A DNA stretch of 64,000 nt from Vitrella brassicaformis CCMP3155 (lineage: Eukaryota; Protista; Chromerida), in the NCBI GenBank assembly GCA_001179505.1, contig CDMY01000022.1, positions 124,001 through 188,000 of the forward strand. Reading direction: 5' to 3'. The notes under the pieces were generated by a model. That model did no database searches and was not told the DNA's origin. It saw only the letters and a list, made by a program, of their open reading frames with translations. Below, piece after piece: positions 15,951-29,715 of this stretch (positions are counted from its first letter, which is position 1; every line of letters begins with the position of its first letter). The position numbers were made by a program, and so were the translations under genes.

Positions 15951-17751
15951 AGGGAGGGAGGGACGTGGGGGAAGGGAGACTGACTGTTGTGTGTACTTCA
16001 ACAAGTGCCTGTGGTGTATTGCTCGGGGGTCGGGCCGCAGGGCTGTCCTGCGTTGCTTTGCCGAAGGTAGGCTGGCAGGCAGCCGGGGGGGGTGGTTATG
16101 CGTTTGTGTGAGTGCATCCTTGAGATAGATGTCACGCAGCACAGACGCACACACACAGTACCTACCTACTCACTGCATTCATGAGCCATTCATGCGACGC
16201 AGTCTGTCTGTCTGTCTGTCTGCCGAGAGAGAGAGAGAGAGAGAGAGGATCTGTTGTGCTGTGCTGCATGTGCCGTTTAGGTATGTTTGATGAACGTGTG
16301 TGTGTGTGTGCGTGTGTGTGTTGGGGGTCTTTTCTCGCCGAGACACTGACCGCATCTCTGTATACACACGCAACACTCCTGTCTCTTGCTGTCCACTGAC
16401 TAAGTTGCATGCCTTCATCCGGTCGACAGACACAGACAGGGTAGGATACCTCGCCGTGCGAGTGTGGCTGGCTGGCTGGCTGTTCGGAGCTCAGTCCATT
16501 TCAGCACAGCACACAAGCAGGCGGCCATCGGTTGATTGGGCGACTTCCTGACAGATGGGATGGGTGCGAGGGCGCCTCACACGAGCCACCCGCCCAACCA
16601 CCCACTGTCAGATGTGTGTGTGAGTGCGTGTGCATGGGGCAGCTTTATCAATCCAATGGCGTGTGTGTGCGTGTGTCGTGTGTGTGAGCGTGTGTCTTTT
16701 TGTCGTTGGTCCTGCAACGCAGTGTGCCACGGAACTCACGAATGGAATGAGCGACCAGACCCAGACCAGACCGAGGCGGTCTTTGTTTTTGAAAGGATCA
16801 CAGCACACAGCACAGCACACACACACACAGAGATCGATCGGAGTTCGGACTCGCGCACAGTCCACACATCCCCTCCACACACACAATATACGTGACGCCA
16901 CAGGGCGGCCAGCCAGTCGGTTTCACCGATCAGTCAGTCCATCAGGCAGGTGGAGGGGGTGGATTGGATGTCATCCGTCGTTTAGCTTAGCTGTTAGTTA
17001 TGATACACGATCGGCCAGCATCCATCCATCCATCCATCCACCCACACCCGTCCGAACGTCCGTCTGATCTCCTTGGCGACGACAAGGCAGACAGACAGAC
17101 GGACGGACGGATAAACAGATCGACAGACAGACCACACCGCAACACCCCCATGCTACCCCTCCAGAAACGAGGTGTCATTTTGGACACTCACGGCAGTGCA
17201 CGCTAGTGTGGTGTGGTGTGGTGTGGTGCTTCGCTCCCCCTGTGCATGTCGGCTGAGCGCAGCATCCCAACCGTCCATCGAGACAGCGGAGGAACCACAC
17301 ACACACACACACCCCTAAGCGACTCGCGCAGCCTGCCTGCCTGCCCTCTATCGAACCAACCATAATCCACGCTCAGCACGGCACGGCACGGTACGGCACG
17401 TGTGCGTGTGTGAGTGTGTGTGGTGGATTCTGTCTTTCTCGCCAGCGAGCAAAATGCGGAGTGCACCGAGGGATCCATCCATCCTCCATCGGCAGGGGTG
17501 GCCAGCAAGTGCTATAAGCTCTAGATAGAAGGGGCGTGGCGCGTGTGGGCGAGATAGACAGCGACCGATCGAGTGGGAGAGAGTGTCCGGCACACAAACC
17601 AGCACGCCCCCCACACACGCATATTCGATCATCCATCCATACATCGATCCATCCATCCACACACGGCAGCCAGCCAGTCGCTTAAACACACACACACACA
17701 CACTTACACACACACACACACCGAACAAACAATCGGCCGGCGGTCTGTCCG

Positions 17752-19123
17752 TCAGTCAGTCACACCCCCAGCTGTCCCGCCCACACCACCAGCAGGCCCC
17801 CCTGATGCAGCCGATGCAGCAACAATTTTCCTCTCCTCCCCGCCCCCAGTGTCGTCCCCTCCCCTCTCCTCGGTGCCTCTGTCGGCAACACCGCCACCAT
17901 CACTCAACTTGCCCTCCACCGCCACCTCCCCCCCGCCAGGCGGCCCGTCCTCTCTGTCGTCGGGAGAGTAGGCCATCGGCCGCGCACCGCCGCTGCCCCT
18001 ACCGCTGGCGGCCTCGTGGCCCGGCCCGGCCTCGCCAATTCCGTTAAGCTGCGGCTCCCCGCCGCCGTTGGCCTGTGGTGTGTCGGTCAGGTGCTGCTGG
18101 TGCGGCGGCGGTGTGCAGGGGTCTCGTGAGTCGATTGCAGCCTGGTTGACAGACAGACACGGACAAGAGAGGCGACATGGATGGATGGATGGATGGCTGT
18201 GGCGGTCAGTCGGGGCTGACCATGGGTTGTGGCAGGGGTTGTTGGTGTTGGGGGAGGGGTGAGGATTCGCTCATGGGAGCAAAGGCAGACGAGGACGGGG
18301 GTTGGGGAGGCAGTGGGCGCACACGCTCACGCTCCTGCACATACACACCAAACAAACAAACGAACCGAACCAAACCAACCAACATACGTACGTTGACGCA
18401 CTCACAGACGGGCCGGGCCGGGCCGTCTTGTGTGTGTCTGTGTGTCGTGTGCCCACCCCTTCGTCATCAGGGTTGAATCCTGGCGACTGGTCAGGCGCCT
18501 TGCGCTTGCGACCGGCACGACTAACCTCATCATACTGACACACACACACACACACACACAACATGTATATGCCCAATTCCCAGCACATTGGAGGAGTGCG
18601 TGGGAGTCGTGTGTGCGTGTGGGTGAAGCTCCCCCACCCACCCAGCCCACCTCGTCTCTGGCGGCTCCTCCAGGTTCGTTCTTTCTGGGCACCGCCACGG
18701 ACACGCCATCGGGCACGGCAGTCGGGATGATGCTGATCACCTTCAACATCTGATTGAGGTTTATCATAGATAGCAATCCACCAACCGATGGGCGATATAG
18801 AATGAGCGGCACAACGTAACGTACCCGCTCGAAAGCGTATGTGAGCTTCTTGGTGGACGTGTAGCTCTTGCGCGGGTCGGACAGCAGCTCACACAAACGC
18901 TGAATCGTGAACGGCGGCCTGCATCACAGAGGAAACATCACCCACCCAGTTCACTAGTCGCTGACTGAACCGATATATATCCTCCCTCACTCACCCCGTG
19001 AAGTCCTGCAGCGCCTTGACGATAGCGTCTACGTGGCTGGTGAACGACTCGCCCTGGTGCAGCTTGACGTCAGGCTTCTTGGTGTGATACTCCATCAACA
19101 CCTGCAGCCACACACACAGACGC

Positions 19124-19157
<34 letters not shown>

Positions 19158-19694
19158 TGAACGAACGAACCCACCGTCACCCAAATGCATCACGAACGGC
19201 ACTGGGTGGGTCGAGTTGGGGCGGATGGGTTGTCAAGCTGACCTGCCGGATCTTGGCGGCGAGCACATGCTTCAACAACTCCCACGGGTACCTGATTGAT
19301 ATATACGATGATTGACACACAGCATTCAGTAGGACGTGCTGTGCTTCCCTCCCCCCCTCCCTCCCTCCCTCTCTCCCTCATTGGCTGGCTGGCTTGCTAG
19401 TTGGCTGACTGAATGCCCTCTCAGCTCGCGTGTGAGATGAGTGTGGACGCAGCCACCCATGGACGCACCTGATGACCCCGTTGTTAGCGATTTGCCTGAT
19501 GACCGCCTCCAGGTCCTCAGGAATGCCCTCACCGTCACCCTCGCCGGCCTCACGCCGCCTCACAAACTCTGAAACCACGCCAGCACCCGCCATGAGACAC
19601 TGGCAGCTGTCATGCATGGATCGAACGTCGCTCGCGACCCACCTTCGATGTCGCGCAATGTCTGGCTATACAGCTGGTCCACGGGAGCCTGCAT
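17752..19694 (-). CDS. PPP4R2: Protein phosphatase 4 regulatory subunit 2-like
   Basis: Spliced MQAPVDQLYSQTLRDIE|EFVRR...LEAVIRQIANNGVIR|YPWELLKHVLAAKIRQ...F TIQRVCELLSDPRKSYTSTKKLTYAFER matches the PPP4R2 N-terminal domain. A disordered Pro/Gly-rich tail follows. Confidence 0.83.
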
Positions 19695-20050
19695 GGTCGC
19701 CCTCAGCGGCGCTGCAGACTCCGCTGGTCAGCCACACGCGCAACTCTAGTGCCAGGGCGACTTATCGCCTCCTGAGCCTCCGCCACTCATCGCAATGCCG
19801 CAAACTCCTCATGAATGCCGTTCCCCGCTGTGTCGCCATCCTCTCGAGCTCGCAAGCTCGCAACGGATCGGCGTTTTTCCGCGTCCTGCCAGCCATCTGA
19901 TCACAATATGATCACAATACACCGCTCGGCACAGCATGTTCGATTCGGCGCAGTTTTTCTGCACAAGTGTATTTGGTGATGTTCGGCAGCCACCTTTCCA
20001 TTGCGGTCTGACAGTGCCCGCCGCTTCTGATTGACTCATCGCCGCGCCTC

Positions 20051-21496
20051 ATGAGCATGCCGACTGATGGTGCGAGAAGCCGACTCGTCTGTCCGCTACT
20101 CGCCATTCTGCTGACCCTGGTTCTGACTCTGGGTTTGCTGATGGACGCCGCCAACTCGGCATCTGGCAGTCGGTCGGCCCTGGAGGCCCTCATGCGGGCA
20201 GATCCGGCCAGCAATGGGGAGTTCTCTCATCAGCTCTACCAGACCAACATCAAAGCCACGCAAAATGCCACGCTATTGACGTCCATCTATCTGCCGTCGG
20301 CTGCATCTGCTGCAGCTGCCACGTCAGCATCGTCCTCGCCCTCCTCCTCCAAGCAGCAGCCCCAGCAGTGGCCGTCCATCGCACGTGCAGCCAAGCCGTG
20401 TCCGCTGATCGTGCTGGCCCACGGCTTCATGCAGTCGTCCAGTGAGCACCGCCGGCAGGGTGAGCTCCTGGCCACCCGGGGCTACATTACCATCATCCCC
20501 GACCTGCGGGGCGGCTCCGACCACCAGAGGAACGCCGACGACCTCCGCGCACTTATCGACTGGGCGCTCTCAGAAAACACACGAGAGGGGTCGCCCTTCT
20601 ACAGGGCGATAGACAGGGCCAAGATCGGCTTGACGGGCCACTCGGCGGGCGGTCTGTCGGTGCTGCTGGCGGCGGCTGCGGACGAGCGCATCGAGGCCAT
20701 CGCGCCGATGGACCCTGTGGACTACAAAGGGATGGGCGTGGCGGCGGGTGGCAAAGTCAGATGCCCCACGGCCGTCACCTTCTCTGAGCCATCAAGGTAC
20801 GTAGGGGGTGAGTGAGTGAGCGAGGGACGCATTCATGCGTGTGTGCATGGTGTCTGTGCACTGCATGTAGTTGCAACCGCTATGGGTCTGCCAACAAGCT
20901 GTACACGAGCCTGTCGGCGCCCAAGAGGGGCGTCAAGGTCGTGGGAGCCACACATACTGACGGACAGGTTTGTATGGCGGCAGGGGAGGGATCCAAGTGA
21001 CGCCCACATGTTGTGTGTCGTGCGTGCTTGTCTGTCTGTCTGTCTGTCTGTCTACAGGATCCGTCATCATTGCTGGCTCGCATGTTGTGCGGCACGGCCG
21101 ATCCCATGAAGCAGATGCTCTACAGGAGATACACCATAGGTCGGTGGGCAGCCAACTCGCACTCCATACATCCGTCCATCCATCCATCCCTCCATCTGCT
21201 TGTGTGTGACTCGTTCAGGTTGGTTCGACTACCACCTCAAGAGGGCCCCCGGTGTGACGCCATACGTCTTCAACCTCACCCACGGCCCCCTCGCCAACGA
21301 CCTGCGGGCCAACCGCATCACATACGAGGCCGACTACACACTCCCGATCAAACGGCGGGGCCGCAGGTTCCGCAGCAAGGTCCGCGAGCAGCGCGATAGG
21401 CAGGACGATGACGTGTGGGAGGGGAGGGAGAGGGAGAGGGCGGCACAGGTGCAGACCGGCAAGGTGGTCGCACAGACGCTCGTGCAGTACATGTGA
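20051..21496 (+). CDS. Alpha/beta hydrolase (chlorophyllase/cutinase-like) with N-terminal signal/anchor
   Basis: PLIVLAHGF oxyanion segment, IGLTGHSAGG nucleophile elbow, APMDPVD and GATHTD candidate catalytic His; hydrophobic N-terminus LLAILLTLVLTLGLL. Confidence 0.85.
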
Positions 21497-22065
21497 TTGA
21501 CTGACTGATGGAGAGGAGGAGGGAGAGGAGTATCAGGCTTATGTACAGTACAGTAATAGTATATAGCTCAGTGGATGGCGTTGCGTTGCGTTGCCAAACC
21601 ATAGGGACAGCGAGAGAGGGAGAGAGAGGGAAGGAGCAAATGGGTGCCTTAGTGATCGATCACGACAGACAATGAGTGTGAGACGTCGTTCTTTTCCCCG
21701 GGCCCTCTGCTGTGACTGTCTACATGGACAATACGTGTACATGTGTGAGGTGCTGTCGATCAATTCCGTCTCAAGATGCTCCAGGGATCGTTTCTGTGTG
21801 TGTGGATACGCCACACATGCATTTGATCGGTCACTGGAGCTCACATACGAGATGGAAACGGTCACCGGCGGCTCTCTGAGTGAGTGAGACACGCACACTT
21901 TTGGTTGGACGTTCGGTGATTGTTCAAGGCATCCACCAAGATGGCCGCCCGTGCACCACTTAGTCACCTATCGATGGCCATCCCTGACCTACGTCATATG
22001 CACTCTCACCTATTTCTCTATCTGTCTGTCTGTCTGTCTGCCTAATATATCCTCTCTCACTGTCG

Positions 22066-25000
22066 TCATCTCCACCTGCCCTCCTCCCTCCTGTCTGCTC
22101 CCGCATCCCCTCTGTCCTTGTGTGTTATCTGCCGCACCAGAGACGGCCGTGCGATTGCCATCGCCTCCTCCCGGGTGCTTTGCCTCCGGATGGCCGAGTT
22201 CCGCCTCTGTCGCCTCGACGCCCGCCGCTGCTTGTCCTGCCGCACCAGCAGCTGGCGCGTCGCGCGCGGCATCGTACCCATGGACCCCGCTCTTCGGCGA
22301 GGGTCGGGGTGGGGCTGGTGGACGATTGACGAGCTGTCGGTCGTTCTCTCCTGCACCGGAAGCCGCTGGTAGTGCTGCTGTGCAGGAGGGTGGTAGTGCT
22401 GCAGGTGGGGATGATCCTTCTGCAGCATGGCAAGGCGTGACGGTGGGTGCGGCGAAGGGGTTGGTGTCCTTCGAGTGTGCGGCATCATGTGTGGAAGGAA
22501 GAAGCACGTGAACTGTGTGGCGGCGAGGCTGAGGGTGACGAGCGAGTTGGCGAGGCAGAGGGGGTAAAAGACTTAGGTGCCCTGCTTGGCTATCATGTAC
22601 CTGCAACCGTCCATCCATCCATCCAGATAAACACAGCCAGAGAGGCAGGCTCTCTTGTGTGCATTGCCTTCGCAGGCGCGTGTCTACAGCCTACTAACGG
22701 GTAGAGCCACGGGCCGAGCCAGCCGCCAAGCGAGTACTTGACATTGAGCTGCATCCATGAGACAAGACAAGCACAGACACGAGACAAGCAGGGAAATGGA
22801 GCGAGACACTCACTGCTGGCCGACAGACCATAGCGAAGTTGGCATTGTCTCGTGTGAAGAGGGCGTCGTTTGGCACCTCCACTTTGGTGGGGACGGCGTC
22901 GTTGGTGACGTCCACGATGGACAGGAAGCTCATCGACGCTATGCTGCCGCTCCAAAAGAGCAGCTGGAAACTGTCGTGCTGCACCCACACACACATGAAT
23001 GGATGGACGGACAGCCTGATACATACAGATGGCTGGATGAGGGCAGGCCCACTCACTCACCCATTCATAGACGCCGAGCAAGCGCCACAGCGGCGGCAGG
23101 TAGACGACGGTGCACAGGAAGTGACCTGACAGCCAGACACATCGATGCACCCATCGATCGCTCGATGTGGGATGGTCAGGCGCACAGACACAGACACACA
23201 CACAGACGTACACGTACAGGTGGCGCATGTGAGGATGGAGTAGTGGTCGGGAAGGACAGACGGGCCCCCACACAGAAAGAACAGTGTCTGCACGACTGAT
23301 TCACGGACAGGCAGACAGAAACAGACAGACAGACAGACACACGCAAAATACATTGAATGTCGATCAGTGGCTCACTCGGCACAATGACGAGAACCAGGGC
23401 AAAGCGATATCTGACAATATGAAGAAGAAGCTTGAGTCAATGTGCTGCAGCCGGGTGAGTGACACTCTCTCATTCGCTGACTGACTGACCCGACATCCGG
23501 CACAGCGACGTCAAATCGGAGTTCTTCCACAATGGCGATGCCGGCGTCCCAGCCCGATCTGTGTGCCTCATTGGAGGCCGTGATCAGCAGACACGTCAGC
23601 CACAGCCACCGACGGTCGCAGGGGCTCTTGGGCGCCACTAGCCGGCTTCTCGATTTGCTGGACGGCCGTGGTGAGACAACAGCCAGGTCGTCGACACCTC
23701 TCCGCTCAGGCAGCAAAGACTGACAAGACGACACACACACACGTGCTCACAGACCATCCCTGTCTGTCTGTCTGTCTGTCTGTGTATGCATGTGTGTATT
23801 TCTCTCTCCTTTATTCTCAGTCACTCACGGACCGGCTGCTGTGCGAGTTGCTTGATGAACTGCTCCCTGGGTTGCTCGCCGTACACGTCACTCTCGCGCA
23901 TGCAGCCCCACACCACACAGAAACCCACCAAGAGCATTATCAACAGCAGCAACTGGGGCAGCACGAACCGACTGACCGAATGACACACACACACACACAC
24001 ACACACGCACAGGGTCTCTGTCCAATGTCTCTGCTGGATGTTGCGTGTCCCTCGCCCACTCATGCACCCGAAGATCATTGGCCCTATCTTGAGGCGGCAC
24101 GTGTACATGGACGATGTCACCACGGGACCCAGAGCCATCCCTGCTCCCGCCACAAACAAGCAGATCAGCATGAATGGCAAAGCACGGGGCGCGTGCACAC
24201 TGACCGAGCCAGCCCGCTGCGGTCTGAAGGTTGAAGTAGAAGGTGCGGTGCTCCACGCTCGTCGTCACCGTGAACAAGTGGCGGGAAGTCACCATGTTGC
24301 CGCCGGCTATGCCGTTGATGCAACGACCAACCAACAGGAGCGTCAGCAACACCCACTGCGGACTCGTCTGCCGTCGTGTGGGCGGCTTCCCATCCCCCTG
24401 GCCCTCCTGTGCAGTTGGCTTCTTATCTTCCTTTGGCTTGGGGTCTTCACGAATTGATGTTCTCTCCGCCAAGGATGGCGCATTAGGTGAGGGCGAGGGG
24501 GAGGGGAAGGGGGAGGGAGATGGTGGCACAGTCGTGGCTGTTGGCTGGTGACGGTATGACATGGATGACGGCCCCTGTGACCGCTGGGCAGCAAAAGCTG
24601 ACGAGGAGAGGAAGGGAGACATGGCGCACGTGATGATAGGAAGACGGCACAGGATGCAGCCAAACATGAGTACAGTACCACCGATCATGAAGGTCAGTGT
24701 GCCGAGCATGAGCAAAGCGAGGCAGAGGAGATGTCGCGTCTTGAAGCGCCACTTGCACGGATGCACATGTAGGATCTGGAAGATGACGAAGCCCAGGATG
24801 AGAAAGGCACTCTGACACCCAATCACGTGACCGCTCAAAGACAACTCCCCACTGCATATGCGAAAAGACACGAAGACAAGAAGACAAGAAGACATATGGA
24901 TCATGTCGGAGTTGCGTATGTACCCCAGGGACTCGACAATCTCGCTGGCAGCTGGAATGGCCGCCGCAAATATATCATGTAGTACTGCACACACACAACA

Positions 25001-25389
25001 AGAGACGGGGGGAGAGACAGAGACCTGACCGATGAATGGATGGATCGATGCATTGTCTCACGTGTGTGTGTGTGCATACCCACCAGGCCTTGAGGCAGCA
25101 TGTTGAGAGCAGCGAGGTACGCCGGCGGATAGGTGGGCTTGTGCAGACTTTCAGCGGGCGCCGGCCTGATGTGCCCTGGCGCCTCTGCTGCGATCCTCTC
25201 GCCCTCTTCGACCCTCAAGTGCGGCTCAGAAGCCACCACATGAATCGACCGTCGTGGTGGCACCTCATCGAGGGAAGTAAGCGAGGTCCTGGACGATTCT
25301 CTCTCGGCCTCCTCGAGGTTCTCCTGGCGGATGAGGCGCGACAGCAGGGGCTCTGCCTCATCACTCCTAGCCAGCGCGTCCGAACGCAT
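22066..25389 (-). CDS. Major facilitator superfamily-like multi-pass transporter
   Basis: About 10-12 hydrophobic segments across exons, an MFS-like LLVGRCINGIAGG motif, a central hydrophilic loop and hydrophilic termini. The start ATG (MRSDAL) is tentative. Confidence 0.65.
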
Positions 25390-25412
25390 TTCTGGAGCCA
25401 AGCTTGGGAGGC

Positions 25413-25440
25413 AAACCCTGAACCCCTCAAACCCTCACCC
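25413..25440 (+). promoter_or_regulatory. Degenerate AAACCCT cluster in the MFS/BTB divergent intergenic region
   Basis: aaaccctgaacccctcaaaccctcaccc. Confidence 0.45.
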
Positions 25441-25544
25441 GCCCGTTCTGTCGCCGTCATCCTTCGCCAAGCGAGAACACGCCTTACGGCATCTGGAGGC
25501 CCTCATTTGCTGAGCAACACCACGTGTGCTGAGATGCATGGAGG

Positions 25545-27718
25545 ATGAGTGGAATGAGTGACTCAAAAACTGCTGGTGGGAAGCCGGATGCGTCAGATGT
25601 CGACTGCCATCTGGTGGAACTCGTGTTTGCCACGACGGGAGAGGACGACAACGCTGTGAGTGAGGACCGCAAGCTGCGATTGAAGCGGTCTCTGCTCATC
25701 ACGATGCCTTTCTTCAACGCGGTAAGCCGTCTTCGCACACGGAGCACATACACCCGTTCAACGCACTGTGTGGATGCTCGTGTGCTGATGCATGCTGCAG
25801 GCGCTGAAAGAAGACAGCTATGCAGAGGGCCAAACCAATCGCGTCGTTATCCGAGAAGTTGGCATCGATGTGGCTCGAGTGGTCCTGCAGGCTGACAGTG
25901 ATGCCACCCTCAATGGGCTGACCAAGGCCAACTTCCTGCCTGTCCTGAGGGCACTCGGCTACTTCTGCAGTGCAGCCGCAACCGACGCCGACTGGATTCG
26001 GCAAGCCGAGCGGAAGGTCAGCACAACACACAACCAACACACCAACGACAAGCAGCCACAGACATGCAACGCAATGCTTCCCAGATGGTTCGGTGTGGCT
26101 GACTGGAGGATCCTTGCTTCGCCCTCTCGCTCGTTGAGTCACTCAGCCATGACGTCGTAGCCCGCCTCACCAAGACTGCAAGTGACGAGTGGCCACCCAG
26201 TGTGACGCAAGTGCTCCTGAGCAACCCTGGCTGTTTGCGGCCCTGCTGGCAGAGCGGCGGTGATCGCCAGGCTGCGGCAGTACGCTTGCTTGGCTACATG
26301 TGCCACCACTTGGCGTGTGGCCAATCACGGCCGTCCAGTGACCAGCTTGCGCACTTCCTCGTGACCGCTACTGGCTCTCCCAATATCAGCGACGCCATCG
26401 GTAAGCACGGGAGCGACGGAGAGGGCCTGTAGGTCGATGTCCAAGGAATGGAATGTGCTTCTTTTTCCCTTGGGCTCATTTGAATGCAGCTGTCTCGTTC
26501 CCCCACTTTACTTCATCCGGCACTTCACTCGATGAGAAATACAATGGCATCGTGCGCGAGTGGAGAATGGAGCCCTTCCGCGACAAAAGGCTACCGTTTA
26601 AATCGGGCACCTCTTGCATAAGCCACTGCGCGTGCTCCAGCCCACTCTGCTCCTGCGGGGCCGTCATCTTCCCTTCAGTGGCTTTCACCGTAGCGACATC
26701 GCTCCGCAGCTCGCCTGACGCCCGACCTATCCCACCATCCTGGCACTTCGCCTCGACCAAGGCGCAACACGAGGAGGGCGCCGGCAGTGGTGGCGGAAAC
26801 ACACAGCTGCGGGAGGTCGACCGATTCTGTGTCGACGTCAAGTTATCGGAGAAGGAGGCGTCGCGGCAGGCAGCGTGTTCGTGCATCTCGGTCCACGATC
26901 TCGCCATCTGCATGAGGCAGGGGACAAGTGACGTCAATGTGTTGGGGAAGTCGGGAGATGCTCTCACTGACAGGGGGAGCCGATACGCTGCGCCGAGCCT
27001 GTACGTCTCCACTCTGCTGGGTGGCAACGCGGGCATTGGGATGAAGCTATCCAATCTTGCCTTGGAAGACCTGACGGCCAAGGGGCTGGCCGATGCGCGT
27101 CTGAGGCGCCTGACTGTTAAGGCAACAATTGTCTTTTACCCATACCTCACTGTGGCGCTGCATTATCTGAGGCGGTGCATCCTCGAGGAGCGGTGGGATG
27201 GCGTGACCGCATTTGCACGGTGAGTGACATAGCAGAGGGCAGTCAACCACAGGATGTGTATGTGTGGATGTCGATCAGGTCGCTCTCGGACCAGTACAGC
27301 CAGCATTTTGTGGTGCTGATGGCCCGTCTCTCGTTCCGTCCGTTGGCGGCTCTGACGCATTGGTGCAAGGCGATGTCTTTCTTGGAATCATGTAATGTGG
27401 CCGAAACTCTCGCCGGCCTGTTTCATGACATGATCAAGGCCGACCAGAACTCCCCACATCACCGCAGCGACCTGCTCGGCTTCATCGGTGTTGTGGTGCC
27501 CCTGCTGAGCCCAAGCCAGAGAGATCAGTGTTTGGAGGCACTTGCTTGGAGGAAGCAGTGGGCAAGAAGGGCGATGGGACGCGAAATCGAAGCTCTGAAG
27601 GTGAGTCAGTCACCCCGACCGATGAAGAGAGACCAGACAGGCGAACTATGATGCTGTGTCGCAGTCGGGTTATCGTGCCGGTGAGCGGTCCAGACACCCA
27701 GCCCGCCATCGCATGTAA
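25545..27718 (+). CDS. BTB/POZ-like domain protein of unknown function; in-frame TGA at 26100-26102 in the most natural splice
   Basis: LKRSLLITMPFFNA|ALKEDSYAEGQTNRVVIREVGIDVARVVL resembles a BTB core. The downstream exons stay in frame apart from one TGA. Confidence 0.55.
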
Positions 27719-28087
27719 GACAACCAGGCGATGATTGATCCACCCACAAAGTGCTCCACCTCAACTGTGGTTATGTATGTGTGTGCGTGCGTGTGTGTGT
27801 TCAGTTTTGGTGGATGGTTTTCGCGGACGCCTCGCTGACCGGCGGCGGCACCCAAGACACTTCATGTGCAGCTGTATGTCAAAGTGTGAGTGAGTGATGC
27901 TTGACGGCTACTGTTATGTTTCGTGTTCGTACTCTCTCTGTTCGTTCATGTCTCGCGTCTGTCTGTCTGTTATCGTGACTTTCCTTGTGTTCTTTATACT
28001 GTTACTCATGTACACTGTAGCCCTTTGTCAGACCGGAACAGGTGGGTGCTTCTTTCCAATGAACCTGCCGCCTCACCGCAGCCACCT

Positions 28088-28127
28088 GAAACCCTGAAAC
28101 CCCTCAAACCCCTCAAACCCAACCCCT
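28088..28127 (+). promoter_or_regulatory. Degenerate AAACCC(T) x5 cluster upstream of the methyltransferase gene
   Basis: gaaaccctgaaacccctcaaacccctcaaacccaacccc, about 60-95 nt before the ATG at 28184. Confidence 0.45.
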
Positions 28128-28183
28128 TGGCTGCTTCGACGCCCATCAAATTGGGAACCATCTCATTTCGCTCACTGACGACC

Positions 28184-29715
28184 ATGGCTGCCGCGTGCGA
28201 TGAAGACTACATGGAGTCGCTGAAGAGGAAGCGCCTCGACAGCCACGAGCACCGAGAGTCGGCACTCTTCAGGCACCGGGTGACAGGTGTGAGTGCCTTC
28301 GACAGGCGTGGGAGGGGCGGGGAGGACGACGATGAGGAGGACGAGACAGAGGTCACCGGGGAGGGACTGCGCTTCATGGTGAGATGGGAGACCGAATCAG
28401 GCGATGGATGGTTCAAGGGTTGGTTGGCGCATTCATGGAGCCATGCATTCGTGTTGTGTATGCGGATGTGTGTGTGTGTGTGTGTGTGTGTGCAGATACT
28501 GTCGGATCCGATCAACGCTTGGGGCTACAGCATCGGACACCAGCTGTGGACCTCCTCAGAGGTATAGCATAGGCAGCCAAGACAGGCAGGCAGGCGCGGG
28601 CAGAAGCAAGACAGACGAAGACAGAGACTCTGCGTGAGGTCACACGCATTTCTTCCTTCTCGTTTGTCTCTGTCTGCCCCATGCACTAACTGCAGGTGCT
28701 GTATTCCTTTTTCCAGCAGTCGGGGGTGTACGACGCCTCTTACCTGAAGGGCAAGACCGTGGTGGAGCTGGGCTCCGGCCTCGGCCTGGCAGGCATGACC
28801 GCCGCCGCACTGGGGGCCAAACAAGTGGTCAGTCCGCCAGCCAGCCAGCCAGCCAGCCAGCATGTTGATTGAGATCGACAGGAATGTGTGTGTGTGACGC
28901 ATGCATGAATCCTGTCTGTCAGATCTTCACCGATTTGCCCGAGGGTGTGGAGCTGCTGGAGCGCAATGTGTGGGAGAACTTCGCCGAGACGGACAAGGAA
29001 GAGGGCGGCCGTCGCGTCCTCCCGCCTCACCTCAAGGTGACTGACCCGACCCCATATATACGACAGCCGACAAAGGACACGGAGGCCATTAATGCGGCTG
29101 GTGCTGATTGATGTCAGGTGATGACTCTTCCCTGGGGCGACGGCGCGTCGATAGCTCGTGTGGAGAAGGCCCTGGACGTGGCCCCCTCCCTCACACAGAG
29201 GAAGGCGCCCGACGTCATCCTGGGCGGCGACCTGTGCTACGACGAGGACCACCATGAAGAACTACTGCAGACCATACTCACACTCAGGTGCGTGCCTCAC
29301 CCATACACACACACACACATCCGTCGTATGCTCGTTCATTTCATTCAGCGGTCCTGAGACGGACGTGTTTCTGGCGCTTCCTGACCGGGAAGACCTGTAC
29401 TCGTTCCTCGACGTGTGCCGCTTCCCGTACCCGGCCATCCCCCTACCCACCCTCGACCAGGACAATGAGGATGACAAAGCTGCACAGGACGATACGGGAG
29501 GGGGCAAGGTGTGCAGCAACCCACCCACTGGCAGGCCCCCGCCGCAGAAGGCGCGATCCCAACCGGCACCTTCTTACTCTCCTGATGATGCGGCCGCTGG
29601 TGGCGATGAGGGCACGATGGTGATGGGCGAGGGGGGGCTGCGTGAGGTGCACTGGGAGTGCCTCTGGACCTACTGGCACAAGAGCTTCGAGAACGCCGTC
29701 ATACTCTTCAAGTGA
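28184..29715 (+). CDS. Seven-beta-strand protein lysine methyltransferase (METTL21/22, Methyltransf_16 family)
   Basis: GHQLWTSSE, KGKTVVELGSGLGLAG (motif I), IFTDL, LPWG and DVILGGDLCY (DxxY motif). Confidence 0.88.

Noticed and set aside
13406-21496. Pigment-catabolism cluster (CCD plus chlorophyllase-like hydrolase)
   Set aside because: The genes are separated by unrelated PPP4R2 and the hydrolase substrate is unknown, so proximity is probably chance.
27718-27800. Possible SECIS (ATGA...AAA) after the BTB-like gene
   Set aside because: I could not find a complementary 3' strand or GA quartet partner by eye.
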